Virus record (IMG/VR): IMGVR_UViG_3300021602_000006
Span: 6,490-70,489 of that record
Direction: 5' to 3' (one strand)
DNA from: a virus
Length of the DNA: 64,000 bases
Shown here: in pieces, positions 18,493 to 26,953 of the stretch
Numbering within the stretch: the stretch's first letter is position 1
Layout of the letters: each line of letters begins with the position of its first letter
The notes under the pieces: model-generated
What the model was told of the DNA's origin: nothing
The model's input: only the letters and a program-made list of their open reading frames with translations
The model's database searches: none
Position numbers and translations under genes: made by a program

Positions 18493-18702
18493 ATGCAAAA
18501 CTTTATTCTTGTCATCGGCGGTGTACTACTCTTCGGAGCTGTCATCTGTGCAGCTGGCTTACTGTTCTCCATCCCTGTGTGGGCGCTGTGGAATGGTTGC
18601 TTGGTTGGTGCTGTAGCAGGTGTGTCTGAGATTACTTGGCTGCAGGCCTGGGGTATCTTGATCTTGTCTGGCTTCCTGTTCAAGTCGTCTACAAGTAAAT
18701 AA
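18493..18702 (+). CDS. Small membrane protein
   Basis: WALWN..ITWLQAWGILIL hydrophobic motif. Confidence 0.8.
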   Translation: MQNFILVIGGVLLFGAVICAAGLLFSIPVWALWNGCLVGAVAGVSEITWLQAWGILILSGFLFKSSTSK

Positions 18703-18738
18703 GGTAGACAGGGCATTAATGTCCTGTTATACTAATGC

Positions 18739-18927
18739 ATGAGCACACAACCTAACCCCAAAATAGAGACACTTGTAAACAGCATGATGCTGGAAGGTGT
18801 CCCGCGTTACGAAGCAGAAGCAATTGCCGCTGCGATAGAGTTTGCACTAGACAGTGCCAACTACGCAAAAATTTATGGGGCGAAGTCTGTTGACTCGCTC
18901 AATCATTTCCTTGATCGGCTAACATGA
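18739..18927 (+). CDS. Hypothetical protein (probably leaderless)
   Basis: ATG begins 6 nt after TATACT. Confidence 0.6.
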   Translation: MSTQPNPKIETLVNSMMLEGVPRYEAEAIAAAIEFALDSANYAKIYGAKSVDSLNHFLDRLT

Positions 18928-19172
18928 TCAAGTTTCTGTTTGCACTCTTCTTTATGATGTTTGTCTACGGACTTGTGTCGGGGCAAGTAGTTATAGGTTT
19001 GTTCTGCTTGTTCTGTGGCCTTTGCCTGTGTTACTTTAGTAACAAGATGACTATGCGTGAGGCTGCATGGCGCGCAAGCCCTGCAGCAGCTAAAGCACCC
19101 CCGAGCACGGACAACATGTTAGATAGACATGCATGTGAGTGCTCGTGCCGCATTTGCCACCCTAAGTTTTAA
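18924..19172 (+). CDS. Membrane protein with Cys/His C-terminus
   Basis: Two hydrophobic segments; HACECSCRICH. Confidence 0.6.
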   Translation: MIKFLFALFFMMFVYGLVSGQVVIGLFCLFCGLCLCYFSNKMTMREAAWRASPAAAKAPPSTDNMLDRHACECSCRICHPKF

Positions 19173-19325
19173 AGACAAATCACGAGGTCAGATTTGGTCT
19201 TTTAATTTGGGAATTTGCGACAGATTCCTGCACAGATTTCCTGCCTATGTGCCTAAACAGGCATAGACCTTTGCTCCTATAGGCACTATAATACACTCAT
19301 AGCACACTACACACAGGAGTAACAG

Positions 19326-19520
19326 ATGGCTAAGTTCTTTGTTAAGGTAGCGGAAGTCCACACTCAAGTGATTGAAGTAGAAGCCATCGACGAAGAGGAT
19401 GCACGTAAGAAGGCATCATGGGCCTTGGCAACTGGCATACAGGAAGACGGCTCCGTACTCCCCGATGACACGGGATACGACTACACAATCGAGAGCAGTG
19501 AGTGGCTTGTGTTCCAGTAA
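19326..19520 (+). CDS. DpnD/PcfM-like small protein
   Basis: VKVAEVHTQVIEVEAIDEEDARKKA. Confidence 0.65.
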   Translation: MAKFFVKVAEVHTQVIEVEAIDEEDARKKASWALATGIQEDGSVLPDDTGYDYTIESSEWLVFQ

Positions 19521-19523
19521 AGT

Positions 19524-19740
19524 AGCTGTTTAGATTACCCATTTTTTGGTGAATCTACATACAGCGTGAGCTAAGTATATACCTACAGCAGTATGCCTTT
19601 GATCAGTGGGTTGCTCCCAGGCGCTGATGGGCATCTACGTAAGCCTGTGGTTTGAATATAGAGTCGCGCACGTCCCTGGCATATATGCGGTCATTTAGAA
19701 TACTGCATATCACTGCTTCACGGGAGAGTGGGAAAGGTAG
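19524..19740. ncRNA. Candidate multi-hairpin RNA
   Basis: Stems GCTGT.TAGATT/AATCTA.ACAGC, ATGCC..ATCAG/CTGAT.GGCAT, ATATGCGGT/ACTGCATAT; no ORF. Confidence 0.3.
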
Positions 19741-19955
19741 GTACGGATCTAAAACGTCCTATCTATCTTTCATTTTAAGAATCGCGTTAGTGCATAAAGA
19801 GCGATCTCAGATCACTAAGCGAGATTAACAATCCTAGGATATATCGTAGACTACGAGTTATTAGTCACTATCCTAGTTATTGTTTGGTAAGTGCCTTTAA
19901 TGCTACAACTAGGTAGCCTCTTTCTTGGCCGGCGCGTAGAGTCGCTGACAGGCAC

Positions 19956-20099
19956 CTATCCTTTGTTCTGTTCCACCAGGATCTCCCGGATATGGTAGAG
20001 TGCACGTGACGCGGCTTTCTTCCATCCCTCCATGTACCCTAGCACATATGTCGCGGTCACGCTAATGGCCCATATGATGATTATCCACGAGGCATCCAT
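19956..20099 (-). CDS. Small membrane protein (47 aa, MDASWIIIIWAISV)
   Basis: GGGGA RBS, N-terminal TM segment. Confidence 0.55.
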   Translation of the reverse strand: MDASWIIIIWAISVTATYVLGYMEGWKKAASRALYHIREILVEQNKG

Positions 20100-20163
20100 A
20101 AGCTTTCCCCTTTGTCAATCTCGGTGTGTAGGTAGATGGCCCTGACACTGCAGGACTGCGGTC

Positions 20164-20187
20164 AAAAGGAAAGGGGCCGTAGCCCCT
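20164..20187 (-). terminator. Intrinsic terminator of 20194-20727
   Basis: GGGGC-TACG-GCCCC + T tract on the - strand. Confidence 0.7.
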
Positions 20188-20193
20188 AACCCC

Positions 20194-20727
20194 TTACACG
20201 AAGTACAGTGCCGCCTTCTTAGCAGCTTTGGCCTTTGCCACAAGTGCAGTGGCATCTGCGAAGCTAAACGTGCCAACAACAGTGTCGTCACCCTTCTTCT
20301 TCACTGTGAACACTGTCTGCTCCGGTGCAGTTTCGCCTGCATCGTTGCTGTCGTCTGCCGCCGGGTTAACAGTGACCGTCTGCGTTGACGTGTTCTCCTT
20401 GATGCCTTCCGAAAGCAGCACAGCAGCTTCGGGCGTGTAACCCAACAGCAGCGCCACAGCTTCTGCAACAACAACTGCCTTCTTCTTGCGACCGCCGTTG
20501 TTCTTGCCTTCCGGACGGCCCAGGCCAATGACCAGCTCGGGGTTCACCTTCTTGCACTCCTGGAATGCATGGTTGTAATGCGTTGCAGCAGCAGGGTTGG
20601 TGCAGCCGAACTCCTCCATCACGTAGAACATCACGTTCTTGCGAAACGCAGTGTTCCCGATGTCAGCGCGGGTGGGGAGCAACTCCAAAAACTTGGCGTT
20701 GCACGCGGGGCGGATTCCTTTGTCCAT
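20194..20727 (-). CDS. Hypothetical protein, AATHYN-GLGRPEGK paralogue family
   Basis: Close paralogue of 2309-2731; own inverted cassette promoter. Confidence 0.85.
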   Translation of the reverse strand: MDKGIRPACNAKFLELLPTRADIGNTAFRKNVMFYVMEEFGCTNPAAATHYNHAFQECKKVNPELVIGLGRPEGKNNGGRKKKAVVVAEAVALLLGYTPEAAVLLSEGIKENTSTQTVTVNPAADDSNDAGETAPEQTVFTVKKKGDDTVVGTFSFADATALVAKAKAAKKAALYFV

Positions 20728-20733
20728 TTCTGG

Positions 20734-20783
20734 CTCCTTTGTTGCGAAGTGTTAATTATACTGCAGAAATTACTTTCTGTCAA
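20734..20783 (-). promoter_or_regulatory. Inverted copy of the promoter cassette
   Basis: TTGACA-GAAAGTAATTTCTGCAG-TATAAT-TAACACTTCGCAACAAAGGAG on the - strand. Confidence 0.9.
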
Positions 20784-21014
20784 CTACTTTTTGCATTTTG
20801 TTGCAAACTGTTTTTGAAGTAGTGTGTTTCTGCATGTCTGTATTATGTCCCCATAGGAAGCTTCCGTCAAGTCTTTTCCTACTCTGTTACATCTTAAATA
20901 TCTCGCCCATGCCTAAGCTTATGACCGGTAGATGTATAGCGAGGCCGGCAAATAGATGTTGACTCACAATTCCATTTGCGCTATAATACATACATAGCAA
21001 CAAAGGAGTATCGT

Positions 21015-21245
21015 ATGAAATCACTTGCAAACGTAGCACGTAATATACACAGTATGCGTGACTTCGCAGAAGCTTGCAAAGGCCTCAGCTTTGATCAGAT
21101 CTATGCACTGTTTGAAGACGAGATCTCACAAGACTTACGCGATGAGATTTACAGCACGTTTTGGAGCATCTCGCCCGAACCTTGTCGTGCTGCATTGCAT
21201 CAGCTCGGCGCACGTTATTGCATACACGAATTAGAAGCGTATTAA
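21015..21245 (+). CDS. Hypothetical protein
   Basis: Cassette promoter 20959. Confidence 0.75.
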   Translation: MKSLANVARNIHSMRDFAEACKGLSFDQIYALFEDEISQDLRDEIYSTFWSISPEPCRAALHQLGARYCIHELEAY

Positions 21246-21311
21246 GTGTAACAGTGCTTGACTGCACTGTTCCTTTGCGTTATAATAGCACATCGCAACA
21301 AGGAGTACAGC

Positions 21312-21536
21312 ATGATCAAAACAACCCTCCCTAAATACACTCCGAGTAAAGTAACTGTGGGTGCTCGCGTCGAACTGGGTGAGATGACGGGTGAAGATTT
21401 ACCTCGTGGACTCTGCGGTACTGTCACACATATAGCCGAGATCTTTGACAACGAGCAGGACATTAGCGTTAAGTGGGATAACGGTCGAACCCTTAGCCTG
21501 ATTTACCCGTTAGATGACTTTAAAGTACTCGACTAA
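21312..21536 (+). CDS. DUF4314-like protein
   Basis: GARVEL..M..P.G..GTV..VKWDNG.TLSLI...D.F. Confidence 0.75.
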   Translation: MIKTTLPKYTPSKVTVGARVELGEMTGEDLPRGLCGTVTHIAEIFDNEQDISVKWDNGRTLSLIYPLDDFKVLD

Positions 21537-21602
21537 CAAAATAGTTGTTGACGCACAGTTCTATTTGCGTTATAATAAACACATCGCAACAAGGAGTCTA
21601 AC

Positions 21603-21791
21603 ATGAAGTATGCACTCGTCAGCAAACGCGCAAAGCTTATCGCAGGCACAGACGGCCACCTGTACACACTGGAGCCTACCGTGCTCGTACACAGTGATCC
21701 TGCGATGATCCTGTTCCGCGACAAAGCAGAAGCCGAGCGTATGCAGGCTCACTATGTCAGCCCCAAATTCAAAATCGTAGAAATTGCTTGA
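21603..21791 (+). CDS. Hypothetical protein
   Basis: Cassette promoter 21548. Confidence 0.75.
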   Translation: MKYALVSKRAKLIAGTDGHLYTLEPTVLVHSDPAMILFRDKAEAERMQAHYVSPKFKIVEIA

Positions 21792-21978
21792 CTGCACTGT
21801 TCCAATGCGCTATAATAAACACATAGCAAAGCAAACAAGACATTGTTTGTTATTCTCCGGTTAGTTGTATCGCATTTCGGGGCCGGTGGTTGAACAATGG
21901 AAAAGCGATGTGAAGGGTACTTCCATAAGCGTTGCAGCAATGCAGATGCTTATGATAATATCTTTACAGGAGTCTACC

Positions 21979-22317
21979 ATGGAAAAGGTCCACGCATACA
22001 AACGCTTAACGCACGGTTATGCCGATGGCTGGCGGCACCTGGACAAGGATGTGTACCTGGGTTCTGTCAACATGACACCGGCGGTAGTTACCGAGGAGCC
22101 AGGCGGTTACGATGAGGGCGGGGCCTATGTGCAATATGCACGCGCACCCTCGAAGGTAGACATCAGGCAGCTCATACAAGCATTGCGCGACACACTAGGC
22201 GGTAGCAACTGCCGTCATGAGCATGACTGCTGCGGCTGTGCAATCCGCTATGTTAGCATCAAACATCTGGGCTCGCGTCGTCTGCAAATCCGCACACGGG
22301 TTAGCTACAACTATTAA
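21979..22317 (+). CDS. Hypothetical protein (CRHEHDCCGC)
   Basis: AGGAG RBS; Cys/His metal-binding motif; long structured leader. Confidence 0.8.
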   Translation: MEKVHAYKRLTHGYADGWRHLDKDVYLGSVNMTPAVVTEEPGGYDEGGAYVQYARAPSKVDIRQLIQALRDTLGGSNCRHEHDCCGCAIRYVSIKHLGSRRLQIRTRVSYNY

Positions 22318-22332
22318 GGATGTGAGTAACCA

Positions 22333-22473
22333 ATGATCAACATAATCTGCGCTCTCATCTCCGGTGTCATTGCTGTCTACTGCTTCAAGCTCGGCAATAA
22401 CTTCGGTGGATGGGCCAATCTTGCAGCAAGTTCTTTAAACGTGGCGTTTGCCCTAGTACGGTTGACATCCTAA
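22333..22473 (+). CDS. Small membrane protein (46 aa)
   Basis: Two hydrophobic segments. Confidence 0.55.
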   Translation: MINIICALISGVIAVYCFKLGNNFGGWANLAASSLNVAFALVRLTS

Positions 22474-22518
22474 TTCAGTTGCGCTATAATACATACATCG
22501 CACACTAAGGAACCCACT

Positions 22519-22857
22519 ATGTCAATGAACATTCATATCAGCGCAGAGCGCACAGTCACTGTCAACAAGACGGGAAAACAAAGCACTCAGCGAGTGAGCT
22601 TCGATTGTTACCAAACTCCGACTAAGGTGACTTACGAGATCTTAGCTACGCCAGCACCAATCGAAGCCTATAAGGCATGGGCCCTGTCGATCAGCAAGGA
22701 TGAAGAAGAAGAAGTGTTTGCCGCAGACGACTATATGTGCGACACCCCAATTGGGAAGAAGACTGTCAACTACGGCAAGCAGCATATCACAGAGCTAGAA
22801 GCGTTCGTGGCTGAATGTGAAGCCGAAGGATACGAGATTGAAGTCTACGACCTTTGA
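22519..22857 (+). CDS. Hypothetical protein (QTPTKVTY)
   Basis: Cassette promoter 22462. Confidence 0.8.
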   Translation: MSMNIHISAERTVTVNKTGKQSTQRVSFDCYQTPTKVTYEILATPAPIEAYKAWALSISKDEEEEVFAADDYMCDTPIGKKTVNYGKQHITELEAFVAECEAEGYEIEVYDL

Positions 22858-22914
22858 GGTTGACAGGTCCTTGTTGCGACAGTATAATACATACATCGCA
22901 ACAAGGAGTCTAGT

Positions 22915-23163
22915 ATGAACTTCCGGTCACAACAGTTTGAGTACAACCCAGCAACTAAAACCTATGTTGCGGATGCGAGCGACCTGCAGATTGGCACGCC
23001 CGGCGAGTACATAAGCATAGACGGCTATGCCTTTGTCTTTTCTAGTAAAGACATGGACTCAAGCGGCGAGGATACATATGGCTGGCGTTACAAGCCCACA
23101 GGCAATAGCATTAGCCTTAACAGTGCGCTCGCATACTGCACTGCTCTTATTATAAACGACTAA
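22915..23163 (+). CDS. Hypothetical protein (DASDL..GWRY..IIND)
   Basis: Cassette promoter 22860. Confidence 0.8.
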   Translation: MNFRSQQFEYNPATKTYVADASDLQIGTPGEYISIDGYAFVFSSKDMDSSGEDTYGWRYKPTGNSISLNSALAYCTALIIND

Positions 23164-24142
23164 GCAAGCGGGGCAAGTCACGGGGGCCTAAGCCCCTATT
23201 ATTTTGACTGCACACTCTCGTAAATCAGGCTTATAGTCCAGGCTAACAACCGAGATTGACCTTTGTGTCTAATCTCCGTGCCTAAAACCTGCAGACAAAT
23301 CCCCGAACCAGATTCGCCTTTGTGCGTGCTTTATACACGCGAGTTATGTGCGCGAGTATATACATACACATACGCGCATAAGCATAGTAATCCCTGATGC
23401 CTAAGATGTTTGTTCTCGGTAAAGGATCTGAACCGGCCTCAAGACGGAGAACGAGACATCGTCTGACTAAGTCTAAAGTCTGTCGTCGTTTCCCTTAACC
23501 TTTGACATTTTAGCCTAACATCGCGTTCTTTGTCTTGAACCGGTTCAGAAGTCAGCATCGAGACATCGACTTTGCTAGTCGATCTCTAAAGGATCATAGT
23601 AACATCTCGCTTTATAGCTAAGATGAACCATAGATTCTATCTTACGTTTAGCGAGACTTTAGTTGATTCTTTAAAGATCAATGGCCTTAAATTGTGTATG
23701 TCTCGGCAACGTTGCACGCAATAACCTGTGTTGTACAGACACTACCGAGGCACGTTCCAAGCGTTAGTCAAGGGACTGGCTGCTCACGCATTTATAACGA
23801 AATTATAAGGTAAGACGCAGGTCTTGTCAACGATTTTTGTCATTAACATCTATGTAGTCTCGCTATCTTAGGTATAGGCCTTGTAGGTTAAACTCTAAAC
23901 AGCGAGACTTACTGTTAAAGACTCTAAGGTCCTGTGATTCGCCGGCGATCCTTAGATGATTCAGACTAATATCTCGCTCAGACTTCTTATGGTATCTTAT
24001 GGTGGAGAACGCGAACTTACACAACTCTGATCAACTAACAGACTAACTTGATTCAAAGATTATAGACTAATAGTCATTATACTGGGCCGATAGGGAAGTA
24101 AGCACTAACACACTTAAGAGTTAGTTGGTGCCTACTTACCTG

Positions 24143-24264
24143 TCTCGCTCTCCAAAAAAGGTTCTTCCTGAGAAGTCGTAACTAGCAAGCGAGGTTGGTA
24201 GATAGGGCTATCTCGCTCTCCAAAAAAGGTTCTTCCTGAGAAGTCTAACCTGCAAGCGAGGTTG
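24143..24264 (+). repeat. Direct repeat, two ~55-bp copies, period 68 bp
   Basis: TCTCGCTCTCCAAAAAAGGTTCTTCCTGAGAAGTC..GCAAGCGAGGTTG at 24143 and 24211. Confidence 0.9.
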
Positions 24265-24386
24265 CCCTAACGTCTCGCCCTCTAAGCACGCCCCTAACAC
24301 TGCCACACACGGTTATAAAGATGTAACAGTGCTTGCGTTTGCTTTCATTTTGCGTTATAATAACTGCATAGCAACAAAGGACTTAT

Positions 24387-24554
24387 ATGCTTAACGTCAT
24401 TGCAAACTACGCTCAAAAACACAATACTGTTACATTGCTGCGTACAATAGAGCACATGGGCAACAGCTTTGAGGATCTCACTGCACAAGAGCAACTTGCA
24501 TATGAGAACTTGTACGACGAGATGATGCAGTTTGTGCAGCAGCAAAATAGCTAA
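24387..24554 (+). CDS. Hypothetical protein (55 aa)
   Basis: Cassette promoter 24333 + AAGGA. Confidence 0.75.
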   Translation: MLNVIANYAQKHNTVTLLRTIEHMGNSFEDLTAQEQLAYENLYDEMMQFVQQQNS

Positions 24555-24621
24555 AATAAAGCTTGCGCTTTGTTTCACTTTGCAGTATAATAATTGCATA
24601 GCAACAAACAAAGCGCACAAA

Positions 24622-24912
24622 ATGCAAAACGCAAACACACTGTACTACAGCGTTAGTATGCAAAGCAACAAGCAAGCACTTTTTATAGTGTTTAGCTTTG
24701 CACAGCCCAAACTTACCGTGTCGCAGCGCACAGCGCACGCAGTTATTACTTGCGACAAAAAGCTTACAACTGCAAAGCTTGCACAAATTGTTGCCGAGCA
24801 AGCAAAGTTTGACAAAGCTTATTGCACACGAGAGTGCAACAGCACAAGCATTGCAAAACTGTTGCGTAAAAACGACAACCCTGTCGCGCAGCAAGTTAAC
24901 TACTATTGCTAA
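24622..24912 (+). CDS. Hypothetical protein (Gly/Trp-free)
   Basis: Cassette promoter 24563; no SD. Confidence 0.7.
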   Translation: MQNANTLYYSVSMQSNKQALFIVFSFAQPKLTVSQRTAHAVITCDKKLTTAKLAQIVAEQAKFDKAYCTRECNSTSIAKLLRKNDNPVAQQVNYYC

Positions 24913-25007
24913 AAGCCGCCCGATATAAATGCAAGCATTAGCAAATAGTGCTTGCATTTAGTTTCATTTTGCGTTATAATAACTGCATAGCAGCAAAAAG
25001 GAATTGT

Positions 25008-25163
25008 ATGGATCGTCAAGTTTATGTAATTTATTACAAGTATAAGGGCCGTACGCATACAAGCATTACGCGCCCATGTACGCTTGCAGAAGCAACAGCA
25101 GCATTCCACGAGGAACTAAACAGCTTAAATACATTTAAGTTGTTACGCATTGTTGCAAAATAA
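25008..25163 (+). CDS. Hypothetical protein (51 aa)
   Basis: Cassette promoter 24952 + AAGGA. Confidence 0.65.
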   Translation: MDRQVYVIYYKYKGRTHTSITRPCTLAEATAAFHEELNSLNTFKLLRIVAK

Positions 25164-25221
25164 CAGCTTGACAACTGCACTCCTTTGTGCTATTATAAAT
25201 ACATGTACAAAGGAGTTTGAC

Positions 25222-25566
25222 ATGAAGAAGACACTAATCGCATTTGCAGCAGCACTGGCCCTGGTAGGCGCTGCTCAGGCACAACACAACAACGAACACC
25301 GCCCTGGACACTGGCCAGCATCCAACTACAGGGGTGGACCCGGCGGGATTGGTTGGTTCGTGCCAGCTTTGATCACAGGTGCAATTGTCTACGGCGCGAC
25401 CCGCCCTAGCGAGCCTGCACAGGTGGTAGTTGTCCCAGCCCAACCCCCACAGCAGCAGCCTATCTGCCCCTACGGCACAGACGCAACTTACTCGCGTATG
25501 TATGTCCAGGATGCTTCCGGACGCTTTATCGAGACCTACAAGTTCACAGGATGTTTGGCTCGCTAG
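25222..25566 (+). CDS. Exported/periplasmic protein
   Basis: Signal peptide MKKTLIAFAAALALVGAAQA; Gly/Pro-rich body. Confidence 0.8.
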   Translation: MKKTLIAFAAALALVGAAQAQHNNEHRPGHWPASNYRGGPGGIGWFVPALITGAIVYGATRPSEPAQVVVVPAQPPQQQPICPYGTDATYSRMYVQDASGRFIETYKFTGCLAR

Positions 25567-25567
25567 T

Positions 25568-25669
25568 ATGTCACTAGTTGGCCTCATATTCCTACTCGCT
25601 GGCATCGTACTCCTGGTAGACGGCCACCCTATACTAGGAATACTTTGCCTGTTAATTTTACTATTGTAG
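25568..25669 (+). CDS. Small membrane peptide (33 aa)
   Basis: Entirely hydrophobic, adjacent start. Confidence 0.5.
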   Translation: MSLVGLIFLLAGIVLLVDGHPILGILCLLILLL

Positions 25670-25728
25670 TTGACAGTCACTTCCAGTTGCGCTATAATAA
25701 ACACATCGCAACAAACAAAGGAAAGCAA

Positions 25729-26004
25729 ATGTCACTTAAAAAGTTTATCGACCAGGAGAACCGTGTCGCCAAGTTTTGGGAACCCACAGCACCCGCACTT
25801 GATATCAAGAATCTGTCCGCCGAGGACAAGAAGAACTTGGCCAACCGCCTGCTCACTTGCCTTAGCCCGGAGTGCCTGACATGTGATGGCGAACTGCGCG
25901 GTGCAAAACTCATTGCCAAGTCCCGTATGCTCAACCAAGCGAAGGCCGATCTCGAAGCAATGGGTCAGAAGGTGGAAGAGGACTACTCGGCATACTACGC
26001 CTAA
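25729..26004 (+). CDS. Hypothetical protein (LSPECLTCDGE family)
   Basis: Cassette promoter 25670. Confidence 0.8.
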   Translation: MSLKKFIDQENRVAKFWEPTAPALDIKNLSAEDKKNLANRLLTCLSPECLTCDGELRGAKLIAKSRMLNQAKADLEAMGQKVEEDYSAYYA

Positions 26005-26073
26005 CACAATTGTAACAGGGGTTGACTTAACACTCAATCCCTGTTATACTGACTGCATCAGCAAAGGAACACT

Positions 26074-26361
26074 ATGGACAAGCAACCGGACAATTGGGAC
26101 AAAGCAGAGGACTGGGGCATGAAGAACATCCGCCCTACAGTTGACAAGTGGTACTCCTTGCACATTGTTTTCAAGATATTGCTTATCTATGGTGCAATCT
26201 GCCTGTTCCCTCCCCTTGCAGCAGTCCTTGTCCTGTGGGGTGTATACCGCTGGCTCAAGTGGGCAGCTCACGCAGATCCAGAGAGCACTGCCAGCAAGGT
26301 TGTAGTAGGGCTAGGAGCAGCCGCTGCGCTACACGAGCTAAAGAAGTCCCTGAAGAAGTAG
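26074..26361 (+). CDS. Membrane protein
   Basis: Promoter 26022; central TM segment. Confidence 0.7.
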   Translation: MDKQPDNWDKAEDWGMKNIRPTVDKWYSLHIVFKILLIYGAICLFPPLAAVLVLWGVYRWLKWAAHADPESTASKVVVGLGAAAALHELKKSLKK

Positions 26362-26512
26362 CCGCCCTATCTAGTCTAAGGTTCCTAGGTTGGTCACCGA
26401 GACCAATCTCCGCACAGAAAACAGGTAGATAAAAGTTAAAGATGGATTTGGAATTATAGGCGGAAATCCTAGGCGGAAATCCTAAATAGGCGACAGAATT
26501 GAGAACCTATCG

Positions 26513-26611
26513 CGTTCTCCTCCTTGAGATGCTAAGATTGGTAGGTGCCAGACATTACTAAGGAAGGTAAGCACCACGTTCTCCTCCTTGAGATGCTAAG
26601 ATTGGTAGGTG
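26513..26611 (+). repeat. Two identical 35-bp direct repeats separated by 29 bp
   Basis: CGTTCTCCTCCTTGAGATGCTAAGATTGGTAGGTG at 26513 and 26577. Confidence 0.9.
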
Positions 26612-26704
26612 GTAGGCATTGCATATGTAAATAGATGTAACAGTGCTTGCTTGAAATGTTTTGTTGCAGTATAATAAACACTTAGCAGCAAACAGGAGCA
26701 GCAA

Positions 26705-26893
26705 ATGGAAAACGATGATTACATTGTACTGGATACAGCTGATGCTGGTGCGTACGAAGGCAATAGCTTGACAACGTACACAATACAGTGTAAAGCAACT
26801 GGCGAAGTACGCTTGCTGGAAGCTTGCATGACACTGGACATGGAAGTGTTTGATGCGGAGGATTTTGAACAGTGTGACACTGTTACAAAATAA
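26705..26893 (+). CDS. Small acidic protein
   Basis: Cassette promoter 26647 + AGGAG; D/E-rich; gene has no TC/CC. Confidence 0.8.
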   Translation: MENDDYIVLDTADAGAYEGNSLTTYTIQCKATGEVRLLEACMTLDMEVFDAEDFEQCDTVTK

Positions 26894-26953
26894 AGCTTGC
26901 AATGAAATGCTTTGTGCAGTATAATAAACACTTAGCAACACAAAGGAAGCATT

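Noticed and set aside
1637-26950. Regularly recurring cassette read as a CRISPR array or an integron attC array
   Set aside because: The repeats are degenerate promoters separated by whole genes; no cas genes, integrase or attC R-box structure seen.
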